From: Candidatus Dormiibacterota bacterium
GTDB taxonomy: Bacteria; Chloroflexota; Dormibacteria; Aeolococcales; Aeolococcaceae
Reading direction: 5' to 3'
Length of the DNA: 64,000 bases
Assembly: GCA_963718525.1 (NCBI GenBank)
Contig: OY970355.1
Location: forward strand, 2,272,001-2,336,000
The translations under genes were made by a program, and so were the position numbers. Below the pieces are notes generated by a model. It was not told the DNA's origin, did not search any database, and worked only from the letters and a program-made list of their open reading frames with translations. This document shows, in pieces, positions 29,402-38,306 of the stretch (its first letter is position 1; each line of letters starts with the position of its first letter).

Positions 29402-30898
29402 TCAGGCCTCCGCCTCGACGACACGCGCGCGGTCGAGGCCGTGCGCGGTCTTCTCCCAGAAGAACGGAGAGATCAGCAGTTGCAGGAACGCCCGCAACGC
29501 ACCGACCGATATGAGTATCCAGTACACCGGGGCGAGCACCGCGGCCTTCATGAGCTCAGGCCGACCGGCGGCGCGGATGACGATGAAATCAACATACATC
29601 GCGAGGAAGTTGCCCGCGATCATGGATGCCAGCCCGGGGAAGTACACCCAGGACGGAAAGATGCTCTGGATGAAGGTCGGGTGAAGGAAGAACCACGCGA
29701 GGGTCAGTGCCCAGAACACTGGGTTGAGCAGAGCGGTGAGCGTCGTTGCGCCAACCAGCATGTTGAACCCGCAGAAGCCGCGGCCACCAAGCTCGCGCCA
29801 GAGACGGCGTGGATCACGCATATGCACCAGCCAGGTCTGCGCGTACCCCTTGTACCAGCGCGAGCGCTGCTTGATCCAGTTGATGGCGTCGCTGTTGGCT
29901 TCCTCGTATGTTGTCGAATCGAGAAACTCGGTCCGGTATCCCATCCGGTACAACCGGACGCCGAGGTCACAGTCCTCGGTGACGTTGAACGGATCCCAGC
30001 CGCCGATCTCCTCAAGCACGGAGCGGCGCATGTGCATGGACGTGCCGCCCAACGGTACAGGCGTGGCGCCACCCGCGATCGCCGGCAGGGAGAATCCGAA
30101 CCAGGCCAGGTACTCAATTGCAAACCACGAGGTGAGTAGGTTCTGATGGGGGTTGTGGTACTCGAGCCGTGCCTGGAGGCATGCCACCGGCGGTGCCGCG
30201 CGCGAGAACGCGACCACTGCCCGGCGCAGCTGCAGGGGTTCGGGGCGATCCTCGGCGTCGTAGATGGTGATCAGCTCGCCGCGAGCGCGGAGCAGGCCGA
30301 AGTTGAGCGCCTTCGGCTTGGTGCGCGGCTGACTCGGGGGCACGAGCACGACCTCGACGTTGACGGCCGGATGCGCCGCGAGCACTGCGGAGCGTGTGGC
30401 GTCGTCGTCGGCCTCGAGCAGGAGCTTGATATCGAGCAGGTGCGCCGGATAGTCCAGCCCTGCGAGCGAGCGAAGTGTCCTGGCAATCACCTCGGGTTCG
30501 TGATATGCGGCGATCATCACCGTGTACACGGGCAGCTGATCGTCCGGTATCGCACGCGCTTCCTCGTCCGTCACCGACACGACGTGAGGCGCGTGGATGA
30601 GCCGGCGAAACACGCCCACGTTGCTCGCGAACACCAGGAGGTACACCGCCGCGATGCATCCGGAGAGGGCGATGCCGGTGCCGATCGGCGCAACCAAGAA
30701 GCCGAGGATGCAGGCAGCTAGGATGCCGAGGATGACGAGACCCTGTCTCTGGTTGAGGACGCGGCTCGCAGAGAGTTCGGGATGGCGAAGACGGAGTCCG
30801 TCGACAGCCACTGCAGTCGCCTCATCGGGACTCAGCGTCCCCACAGGCGCGTCCATCGTGCGGCGTGCACCCTTGCGCGGGCGCTTGGTGACTGGCAT
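29402..30898 (-). CDS. Processive GT2 beta-glycan synthase-like glycosyltransferase
   Basis: KPKALN, YDAED, VTED, QRSRW (QxxRW), N- and C-terminal TM helices; no PilZ domain. Confidence 0.9.
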   Translation of the reverse strand: MPVTKRPRKGARRTMDAPVGTLSPDEATAVAVDGLRLRHPELSASRVLNQRQGLVILGILAACILGFLVAPIGTGIALSGCIAAVYLLVFASNVGVFRRLIHAPHVVSVTDEEARAIPDDQLPVYTVMIAAYHEPEVIARTLRSLAGLDYPAHLLDIKLLLEADDDATRSAVLAAHPAVNVEVVLVPPSQPRTKPKALNFGLLRARGELITIYDAEDRPEPLQLRRAVVAFSRAAPPVACLQARLEYHNPHQNLLTSWFAIEYLAWFGFSLPAIAGGATPVPLGGTSMHMRRSVLEEIGGWDPFNVTEDCDLGVRLYRMGYRTEFLDSTTYEEANSDAINWIKQRSRWYKGYAQTWLVHMRDPRRLWRELGGRGFCGFNMLVGATTLTALLNPVFWALTLAWFFLHPTFIQSIFPSWVYFPGLASMIAGNFLAMYVDFIVIRAAGRPELMKAAVLAPVYWILISVGALRAFLQLLISPFFWEKTAHGLDRARVVEAEA

Positions 30899-32584
30899 CA
30901 GTAGTCCGCCGGTCCGGTGGCGGGTGCTTGATGGGCCGCCTGCTTGACGAGCTCTCGGGCCAGGCTGAGAAGGCGCTGCGCATTGGGCTCGTTTGCCGTG
31001 AGGCTGGAGTCGACGCTGAGCACCACCCGCTGGTAGTGCTCACCGCCAGGCACGCTCACGGGCCACTCCCAGTACAGCCCGAGCCAGTAACCGCCGGTCC
31101 CGGGAATGCTGTAGCGCATCACTTTCCCGTTGAGCCCTCCGCCCAGATCCACCGTGCTCGTGTTCGTCAGCGAGTAGTTGTGAAAGTCGTAACAGGCCTC
31201 CAGCCCGTAGGTCGAGAACGTGCCGAGATCTGACGTGCCGATCACGTCGACGGTGATCGCGGCCGGCGGCGCCGCGTTGGCAGGGGTGAAGGTCTCGATG
31301 TCTGCGTAGCGAGTCCAGGTGGCGCCGGTGCCAAAATAGCGCGGCGCCCAGCTGTACGTGGCCTCGTCGGAGAGAGTCCAGCCGCTGACGGGCGAGCTGA
31401 CAACACTGCTCGGCGACAGCCGAGACGGACCGAGGCCGAAGGCGAGCAACTCGAAGCGTGCCATCCCGGCGTTCGCGAACATGGCGACAACGCTCACGAC
31501 GCCAAGCACCGACAGGGGAATCCGCGCCTTGCGCACGGCGAGCGTCTGCGGTGAGCGCGGCTTGGGGTTTGGTCCACGTCGCCGGCGTGCCGTACCGACG
31601 TCCAGGCTCAGATGAAAGTGCGGGAGCCAGAGGAGCATGACAAGGGTCGCCCCGACGATCATGGCCAAGCCGATGAGCGGATGCAGGATGTCGACAGCGA
31701 AGTGCTCGCCCCAGAGCCCGCCCGCCGCCAGGACCAGCAGGATGCGTCCGACGTTCACGACGAACAGGAAGGCCGTTCCTGACACAAGCCAGAGCAGCTT
31801 CAGCCATAGACGGCCGCGCATCAGGATGGTGGCAGCGGCGCCGACGATCAGGAAGCCGAGGCCGCTGTTGATGCCTGAGCAGGCGGAGCTCACCGACACC
31901 GTGAAGCTCTGACTTCGCGCCGCTGGCATGGGAGACCAGGAAGTCCCCATTGGGAGCCACCGACGCTACCGGAATGAGTTGCAGCACCGTCTTGACAGCC
32001 GCCGCGGTCGTGTCGGTGAACCAGGTGAGCTCCTTGTCGAGGAGCACAACGTACGGATACGGCCACGCCAGAAACAGGAAGAGCACCGCTGCACGTACCC
32101 GCACCAGAGCGCGCACGCCAAACGCGAGCGATATCGCACCAGCGGCGAAGAGCGGCAGCGAGAGCAGGTCGAGCCTGTGCAGCCAGTACACACTTGGCAG
32201 CCCCTCCGGCGCGACGATCAGCAGCGCCATTGCCAGCGTGAGCAGGGGGACGCCGACGATATAGTCGAGGTAGCGGTCGTGAATATCCGGCGCAGCCGAG
32301 CGCCGCTGCGCCAGAACGACCCCGAGCAGCAGCGCGATGAGTGGCACCAGCCCGAGGTACGCGAGGGGCGTCTGCTGGTCCATCTCCTGGACCAGCGTCT
32401 GCAGTGAATAGTTGTAGGCAAGTGCCACGGACAGGACCACCGCAGCCGCGCGCCAGAACGCTGCAGCATGCAGGGCGTTGTCGATCCGACGCATGCCGGA
32501 TTCCAGCATCGAGAAGCGCGAAGTTGGCGTACCGTCGCTTGGCGCGGGCCTGGGTGTCCCTGCCGACGCGCGGCTCGCGATCAT
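30898..32584 (-). CDS. Exosortase/archaeosortase-family transpeptidase fused to EpsI-like domain; frameshift near 31915
   Basis: Multi-TM N-half (ORF 31040..32584) joins SQSFTVSVSSACSGINS (Cys), VNVGRI (Arg), DILHP (His) in ORF 30898..31950; C-terminal YGLEACYDFHNY soluble domain. Confidence 0.85.
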
Positions 32585-32606
32585 GCGACTGGCTCCCTAA
32601 GCTTGA

Positions 32607-33254
32607 TCAGGCAGGAGCGGGCGCTGCCATGGTCTGACGCCGGCGAAGGAACAGGACGTAGCCGGCGATCGCGAGCAGCATGCCGATCGGGATGAGGATC
32701 GCCAGCGGTACCTCCGGGACAGGAGGACCTGCACCCGGGAGGACAGATTTCGAGTCGACGTGGGCCGCGATCGTGCCGTCCTTCTTCACGACCCAGAAGT
32801 CGTTCTTCACGCGGACGGCCTTGTCGGGAATGTTGCCTGCGGGGTAGGCCAGCGTGTACGTGCAGTTGAACCCCCCGTCGTCGTTGGTCTTGATCCTGAT
32901 CGGTGTTGGAGTCGGGGCTGTCCTGGGCGGCGTGTTCGGATAGGAACCACCCGACAGGATCCTGAAACTGCCGCCGACGGCGGACCCGTGGACGCAAGCG
33001 CCCCAACTGATGGTGTAGCGGCCGTGGGCGAACCCGGTGCCAACCGGGAGCGCTTCGATAGCGTCAACGGCGGAGTACGTCGTGTCCGGTGCCAGTTTTT
33101 CGAACGTGATCTTGCCGCTGGTGGTTGGCGTTGTCAGCCTCCCACTTGCATCAACGGAGACAGTCTTGGAATTTGCACTCGCCTGCAGCGGGAAGACGCA
33201 GGCACCCGCTGCGACGATGAGGAGCGCGGACACCTTGAGATTTCGACGCACCAC
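32607..33254 (-). CDS. Secreted protein with PEP-CTERM-like sorting signal (VPEVP-TM-RRR)
   Basis: Signal peptide ending ASA; C-terminus GPPVPEVP LAILIPIGMLLAIAGYVLFL RRRQ; directly upstream of the exosortase. Confidence 0.85.
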   Translation of the reverse strand: MVRRNLKVSALLIVAAGACVFPLQASANSKTVSVDASGRLTTPTTSGKITFEKLAPDTTYSAVDAIEALPVGTGFAHGRYTISWGACVHGSAVGGSFRILSGGSYPNTPPRTAPTPTPIRIKTNDDGGFNCTYTLAYPAGNIPDKAVRVKNDFWVVKKDGTIAAHVDSKSVLPGAGPPVPEVPLAILIPIGMLLAIAGYVLFLRRRQTMAAPAPA

Positions 33255-33466
33255 CTAGATCCCCCTGAACGGAGCGGTTGCTCCCGACTTGCTCTCTGCG
33301 ACCTGAGGGCTGAGTCGAATGGAACCAGCGTGCCAATCCCCGAGTCGGCAGGCGTGCCGAGCAGAGGCAGGTGCGTATGTCCCACCCAATGTGAAGTCCC
33401 CCAAGCTCTCGGAACGTGTAGCCCGCGTCCCCACGCGGTTCCCTTGCTACCTGCGTTCGTTTCGTC

Positions 33467-33496
33467 AGCGTACGGGGCGTAAGGGGCGTTTGTCAA
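33467..33496 (-). promoter_or_regulatory. Sigma70-type promoter of the exosortase/GT operon
   Basis: TTGACA (33496-33491), 18-bp spacer, TACGCT (33472-33467). Confidence 0.65.
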
Positions 33497-33583
33497 CTTT
33501 GGCGCGATCCGCGGTCTCGAGTGTTCTGGAGGGTTAGACGCGAGCAGTTCGACGTGAAGCTGGCAGCTCGGCGCCAGACGCCC

Positions 33584-33637
33584 TTGACTTCCTTACGGTG
33601 TAAGGGTACGATATCCACCGTAACTTACATTGTAAGT
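33584..33637 (+). promoter_or_regulatory. Sigma70-type promoter with two palindromic operators
   Basis: TTGACT-17bp-TACGAT; CCTTACggtGTAAGG (33591-33605) and ACTTACattGTAAGT (33623-33637). Confidence 0.8.
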
Positions 33638-33675
33638 ATCGACGAGGGCCAGGAGCGCGCCCAGGAGGAATCACC

Positions 33676-34473
33676 ATGAAGTCACCGAAGCGGATCGCCA
33701 GGATCGCCGGCATTCTCTACCTGCTCGTGTTTATATTCGGCGGCTTTGCGGAAGGCATCGCTGAACCCCAGATGTACGTCGCGGGCAACGCGGCGGCCAC
33801 TGCGGGCAGCGTCGTCGCCCATGTTGGACTTGTCCGAGTGGGGGTGGTTGCGGAGCTGATCAATGGGCCACTCTTCCTCTTTCTGGCCTTGACTCTCTAC
33901 GTCCTCCTGAAGGAGGTGCACAAGGGCATGGCGCGGGCGATGCTCGTCCTCGTCGCGCTCGCGACCGGCATCACGTGCCTCGGTGCGGTGAGCGAATTTG
34001 AAGGCTTGCGGGTGGCAACCGGTGCCGTCGACCTGAGCAGCCTCGGGGTGTCGGGGTCGAACGCGGTGGTGCTGCTCCTGCTCGACGCCCAGCACTACGG
34101 GTTGCTCGTTGCGCAGATCTTCTTTGGCCTGTGGCTCGCACCGCTCGGCTATCTCGCCTACAAATCGGGCTGGTTCCCGAAGGCATTGGGCGTCGCGCTC
34201 GTGACCGGAGCCGCCTGCTACCTCGTGGACGTCCTCGCCGCGTTCTTACTTCCCGATCTCGGCACAGCGATCCATGGCTTCGTCACGATCCCCTCAATAA
34301 TCGCGGAGCTTTGGATGGCCGGCTACCTCCTCGTGATCGGCGTGAAGAGAGCCAAGATCTCACAGCGGGTAACCGCAACCTCGCGACGGAATGCGCCACG
34401 GGTCAGTCGCGGTACCACCGTCTACCTGGATCGCGCCGAGACGGGACTCGATCGAACACGGGAACTGACGTAA
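33676..34473 (+). CDS. DUF4386-like membrane protein
   Basis: RBS AGGAGG; ARIAGILYL..GNAAATA..IFFGLWL..KSGWFPKALG..AELWMAGYLL. Confidence 0.85.
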   Translation: MKSPKRIARIAGILYLLVFIFGGFAEGIAEPQMYVAGNAAATAGSVVAHVGLVRVGVVAELINGPLFLFLALTLYVLLKEVHKGMARAMLVLVALATGITCLGAVSEFEGLRVATGAVDLSSLGVSGSNAVVLLLLDAQHYGLLVAQIFFGLWLAPLGYLAYKSGWFPKALGVALVTGAACYLVDVLAAFLLPDLGTAIHGFVTIPSIIAELWMAGYLLVIGVKRAKISQRVTATSRRNAPRVSRGTTVYLDRAETGLDRTRELT

Positions 34474-34662
34474 CGACCAGCGGAGTGCGACGGGACCCGG
34501 GCCTTCTTCGGTGTGTTGGGTATTGGCAATCTCAGCCTCGCCGAGCTCAGGGCGATTCTCGTGCTACATCAAGCTCGGACGCGAGCAGGGTCCAAGGTCA
34601 CATGGCACTGATGCGATTGGACCCTGGCTGACGATCGCACTAGGTGCCATCCTGGCGTTGCG

Positions 34663-35916
34663 ATGAATGACCGAAAGCACGTTCTCATTCTCGGTGGCGG
34701 GACAGGTGGGACGATCACCGCTAACCGCTTGCGCAGGGCGCTGCCGCGATCAACCGACATCACGGTGGTCGATGGGAACGACGCCCACGTATATCAGCCT
34801 GGTTTGCTCTTTGTCCCCTTTGGATTGGCTCAGGCGGATGAACTGGTGCGATCGCGGGGCGATCAGTTGCATGCAGGCATTCGTTACCTCCAAGCCACCA
34901 TCGAGAGCGTTGACCTGGGCACGAATGTGGTCCGGTTCGAGGGCGGAACAAGTGCGAGTTACGACGTCCTAGTCGTCGCGACGGGCGCGGTGCTAATGCC
35001 CGGTGAGACTGAAGGGCTTGCTGGTCCGGGATGGGGGGAAAGTGTCTTCACGTTCTACTCACTCGAGGGGGCGCGTGCGCTCAGGCCCGCGCTCGCGAAC
35101 TTCAAGGCCGGCAGGATCATTGTGAACGTCGTCGACATGCCCATCAAGTGCCCGGTGGCACCGTTGGAGTTCTGCTTCCTCGCCGACTGGTTCTTTCGCG
35201 AGAAGGGCGTCCGCGACCAGATCGCGCTGACCTACGTGACGCCACTCGACGGTGCCTTCACCAAGCCAGTGGCGTCACGGCGGCTCGGCGAACTCCTGGC
35301 ACAGAAAGGCATCGAGGTCGTCACCGAGTTCAACACCGGGAGTGTCGACGCCACAGCGGGGAAGCTGGTTGCATACGACGGGCGAGAGGTGCCGTTCGAC
35401 CTGGCCGTGGTGGTGCCACTCCACGGCGGTGCGGAGTTCATCGGTCGCTCCCCCGGCCTGGGCGACGACCTCAACTTCATACCCACTGACTCCCACACGC
35501 TGCAATCCAAGGTTGCGCCGAATATCTTCGCAATCGGTGATGCGGCGGGGCTGCCTGTATCTAAGGCGGGGTCCGTCACGCACTTCGAAGGTGAGGTGCT
35601 CACCGAGAACATCCGAAGATTCCTCGAAGGGGAATCCCTTGACGCGAGCTACGACGGCCACGCCAACTGCTTCATCGAGACCGGTTTTGGCAAGGCCGTG
35701 CTCATCGACTTCAACTACGACACAGAGCCCTTGCCCGGTCATTTTCCTGGGCGCGTCGGCCTGCCGCTCCTGAAGGAGTCGCACCTCAACCATCTCGGCA
35801 AGCTGATGTTCCAGTGGTTCTACTGGCACGCGCTGCTACCGGGTCATTCCATCCCCGGCATCGCATCGGACATGCCGACCGCCGGCAAACACAAGGTTCC
35901 CGCGGGAACGCACTGA
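34663..35916 (+). CDS. sqr: Sulfide:quinone oxidoreductase family flavoprotein
   Basis: GGGTGG, YQPG, KCPVAPLE, AIGDA, YDGHANCFIETG. Confidence 0.88.
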   Translation: MNDRKHVLILGGGTGGTITANRLRRALPRSTDITVVDGNDAHVYQPGLLFVPFGLAQADELVRSRGDQLHAGIRYLQATIESVDLGTNVVRFEGGTSASYDVLVVATGAVLMPGETEGLAGPGWGESVFTFYSLEGARALRPALANFKAGRIIVNVVDMPIKCPVAPLEFCFLADWFFREKGVRDQIALTYVTPLDGAFTKPVASRRLGELLAQKGIEVVTEFNTGSVDATAGKLVAYDGREVPFDLAVVVPLHGGAEFIGRSPGLGDDLNFIPTDSHTLQSKVAPNIFAIGDAAGLPVSKAGSVTHFEGEVLTENIRRFLEGESLDASYDGHANCFIETGFGKAVLIDFNYDTEPLPGHFPGRVGLPLLKESHLNHLGKLMFQWFYWHALLPGHSIPGIASDMPTAGKHKVPAGTH

Positions 35917-35926
35917 AAGGAAGCAC

Positions 35927-36244
35927 ATGAACGTCGCAACCGTCGAGCTCGCCGACGTGGCTCGCAACGATGAGGGTTTCTTTCTTGACCCATCGCAGTG
36001 GAGCGATGCCATGGTCCCCGCGCTCGCCGCACAGGAAGGCATCAGCGACCTCACCGACCGTCATTGGCAGGTCATCCGCTTCATGAGGAGTGAGTACCTG
36101 GAGAAGGGGACCGGACCCACCGTGCGCGTGTTGGGCAAAGCATCTGGCGTTTCCATCAAAGAGTTGTACGAACTGTTCCCCAAGGGCCCGGCAAAGGTGG
36201 CCGCACGGATTGCCGGTATCCCCAAGCCACGCGGCTGCATCTGA
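35927..36244 (+). CDS. tusE: TusE/DsrC-family sulfur relay protein (single C-terminal Cys)
   Basis: DEGF..W..LTDRHWQVI..LFPKGPAK..AGIPKPRGCI; lacks the second Cys of true DsrC. Confidence 0.88.
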   Translation: MNVATVELADVARNDEGFFLDPSQWSDAMVPALAAQEGISDLTDRHWQVIRFMRSEYLEKGTGPTVRVLGKASGVSIKELYELFPKGPAKVAARIAGIPKPRGCI

Positions 36245-36259
36245 CAAGGAGGATCTGAG

Positions 36260-36784
36260 ATGACCACCCTGACGGTCGAGCCAACCGCGGCACCGACTGT
36301 GGCGCCAAAGACATTCATGCCGGCGACCATAGAGAAGGTGTCGATCATCATCTCCAAGGGATCCCTTGACGGGGTATACCCGGGCTTGATCATGGCCAAC
36401 GGTGCGCGCGCCGAGGGGATCGAGGCGAATCTGTTCTTCACCTTCTTCGGGCTCGATGCCATCCACAAGGCGCGTCATGAGCACATTAAGATCGCGACCG
36501 TGGGGAACCCCGGATTGCATCTCTCCACCTGGCTTGGTGGTGTTCCCGGTATGTCGAGTGTGATGACCCACTACATGGCCTCCAAGATGGAGAAGCTCGA
36601 TATTCCGTCCATCCCAGAGTTCGTCGAGATGATCGCCGACACCGGCGCTGGCCTATATGCGTGCAAGGCGTCCGTCGATTTGTTCGGTCTCACCAAGGAG
36701 GATTTCATCCCCCAAGTGGAGGACATCATCACCGTGGGCGAGTTCTACGAGAAGGCCGCCGGCGGCCAGATCATCTTCACTTGA
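36260..36784 (+). CDS. DsrE/DsrF/DrsH-like sulfurtransferase
   Basis: SKGSLD..FFTFFGL..LYACKASVDLFG. Confidence 0.88.
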   Translation: MTTLTVEPTAAPTVAPKTFMPATIEKVSIIISKGSLDGVYPGLIMANGARAEGIEANLFFTFFGLDAIHKARHEHIKIATVGNPGLHLSTWLGGVPGMSSVMTHYMASKMEKLDIPSIPEFVEMIADTGAGLYACKASVDLFGLTKEDFIPQVEDIITVGEFYEKAAGGQIIFT

Positions 36785-36791
36785 AGCAGCC

Positions 36792-37220
36792 ATGGAACTG
36801 ACAGTGGTCAGCCTCGGCGGTGACCGCCACCGGATCACGGTGCGCGGTCACGAAGTGATCGTCGACCAGCCTCGGGAGTCGGGTGGTGAGGATGCCGGCC
36901 CGACACCCACCGATCTCTTCGTCGCATCCCTGGCGTCGTGCGTCGCCCACTATGCCCGCCGCGGCATGGGCTCCGGCGGGGAGAGACCGATGGTGCGTTG
37001 CACGTGGACGATGAGCGAGACGCCACCCTGGCGTGTCGACAGTATCGCCATCGAGGTACAACTTCCTTCGAGCACGAGCGTGTCTCGCGTCGAAGCAGTC
37101 CGTCGAGCGATTGGCCATTGCACCGTGCACAACACGCTGCATTCACCGCCTACCATCTCGATTCGAGCGGCGGTGGCTCCTAGAGCAGCTCAGTCCACGC
37201 ATCTTGCTGTCGTGTCGTAG
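36792..37220 (+). CDS. OsmC family protein
   Basis: DQP..GGEDAGPTPTDLFVASLASC...CTVHNTL. Confidence 0.88.
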   Translation: MELTVVSLGGDRHRITVRGHEVIVDQPRESGGEDAGPTPTDLFVASLASCVAHYARRGMGSGGERPMVRCTWTMSETPPWRVDSIAIEVQLPSSTSVSRVEAVRRAIGHCTVHNTLHSPPTISIRAAVAPRAAQSTHLAVVS

Positions 37221-37423
37221 ACACCAAAACGCCCGTTATCCGCCAGTGGTACCTGTTTCCCGCCGAGCCTTTCGGGGTTTCATCAGCCGTGCGCAGACAC
37301 GCGAGAGTCGGAACGGATACGGCCACACCACCGGCTCAACCGAAGCAGCGGTCACCACGAAAGCGATGATGGTTGACCTTCGGTTCGTCAGGTGCCCACA
37401 TGTATCCAGAGGAGACCAAAGCG

Positions 37424-37975
37424 ATGGGAACCATCCGCGTCCATGAGTTCATCACCCTTGACGGCGTCATCGACGCGCCGACCTGGGCCGCCGACTACCC
37501 GTTCGATCCCCGGATGGGAGAGGCGATCGGCAGCGTCATGGCTGGCTGCAAAGCCATACTGCTCGGCCGCCACACCTTCGAGATGTTCGCGCCGGCGTGG
37601 TCGCAGCGATCAGCTGCAGAGGATCCGGGCGCGCCGTTCATGAACGGCTCTCCCAAGTACGTCGTCGCAGCCACGCCGCCCAGTGTCGAGTGGAGCAACG
37701 CGACGGTGCTCGGGAGGTACGACGCTGCGCGCCTTCGCCGGTTGAAAGAGGACGTCGACGGTGGCATCTACGTCAGCGGCAGCGGCACGCTCGTGCGCGC
37801 CATGCTGAGGGACAGGCTCATCGACGAGCTGCACCTCTTCATGTACCCGATCGTCTCCGGTTCGGGCTCGCGGTTGTTCGGTGATGACGCCTCAGCCGCG
37901 AAACTGGAGCTCGAGGCATGCAAGTCGTATACCGGAGGGATCGTGCGGCTCACCTACCGCGTTCCTCGCAGCTGA
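37424..37975 (+). CDS. Dihydrofolate reductase / RibD C-terminal family protein
   Basis: ITLDGV, LLGRHTF, GSGTLV..LIDEL..P. Confidence 0.88.
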   Translation: MGTIRVHEFITLDGVIDAPTWAADYPFDPRMGEAIGSVMAGCKAILLGRHTFEMFAPAWSQRSAAEDPGAPFMNGSPKYVVAATPPSVEWSNATVLGRYDAARLRRLKEDVDGGIYVSGSGTLVRAMLRDRLIDELHLFMYPIVSGSGSRLFGDDASAAKLELEACKSYTGGIVRLTYRVPRS

Positions 37976-38306
37976 GACGTTGCATACGTCGCTGGCCTCG
38001 ATGTTGACGTTTGACACCGATGCCCGTTGACATCGTCACCTGTTGTCGCTCTCAACGGGCACGCGAGATTCGAAACGCGGACCGTCGGCCTCGTGTTCGA
38101 CGAACGTCACCCGACTTCTGGTGTCATTCGGCTCTGGCGACGCCGGCACGGACGGGCCACCCTGAATCGATGAACCGTCTCATGAAGCTGGGTGTGCGAT
38201 GAAAGTCCAAGTCGTGTACGGAGGCAAGGCGGAGGGAACATCAGGGATCGCGTCCGCAGGAGATGACGGCGGGCAGTCGACGTCAGTCACGGAGCGTCAG
38301 ACGATC

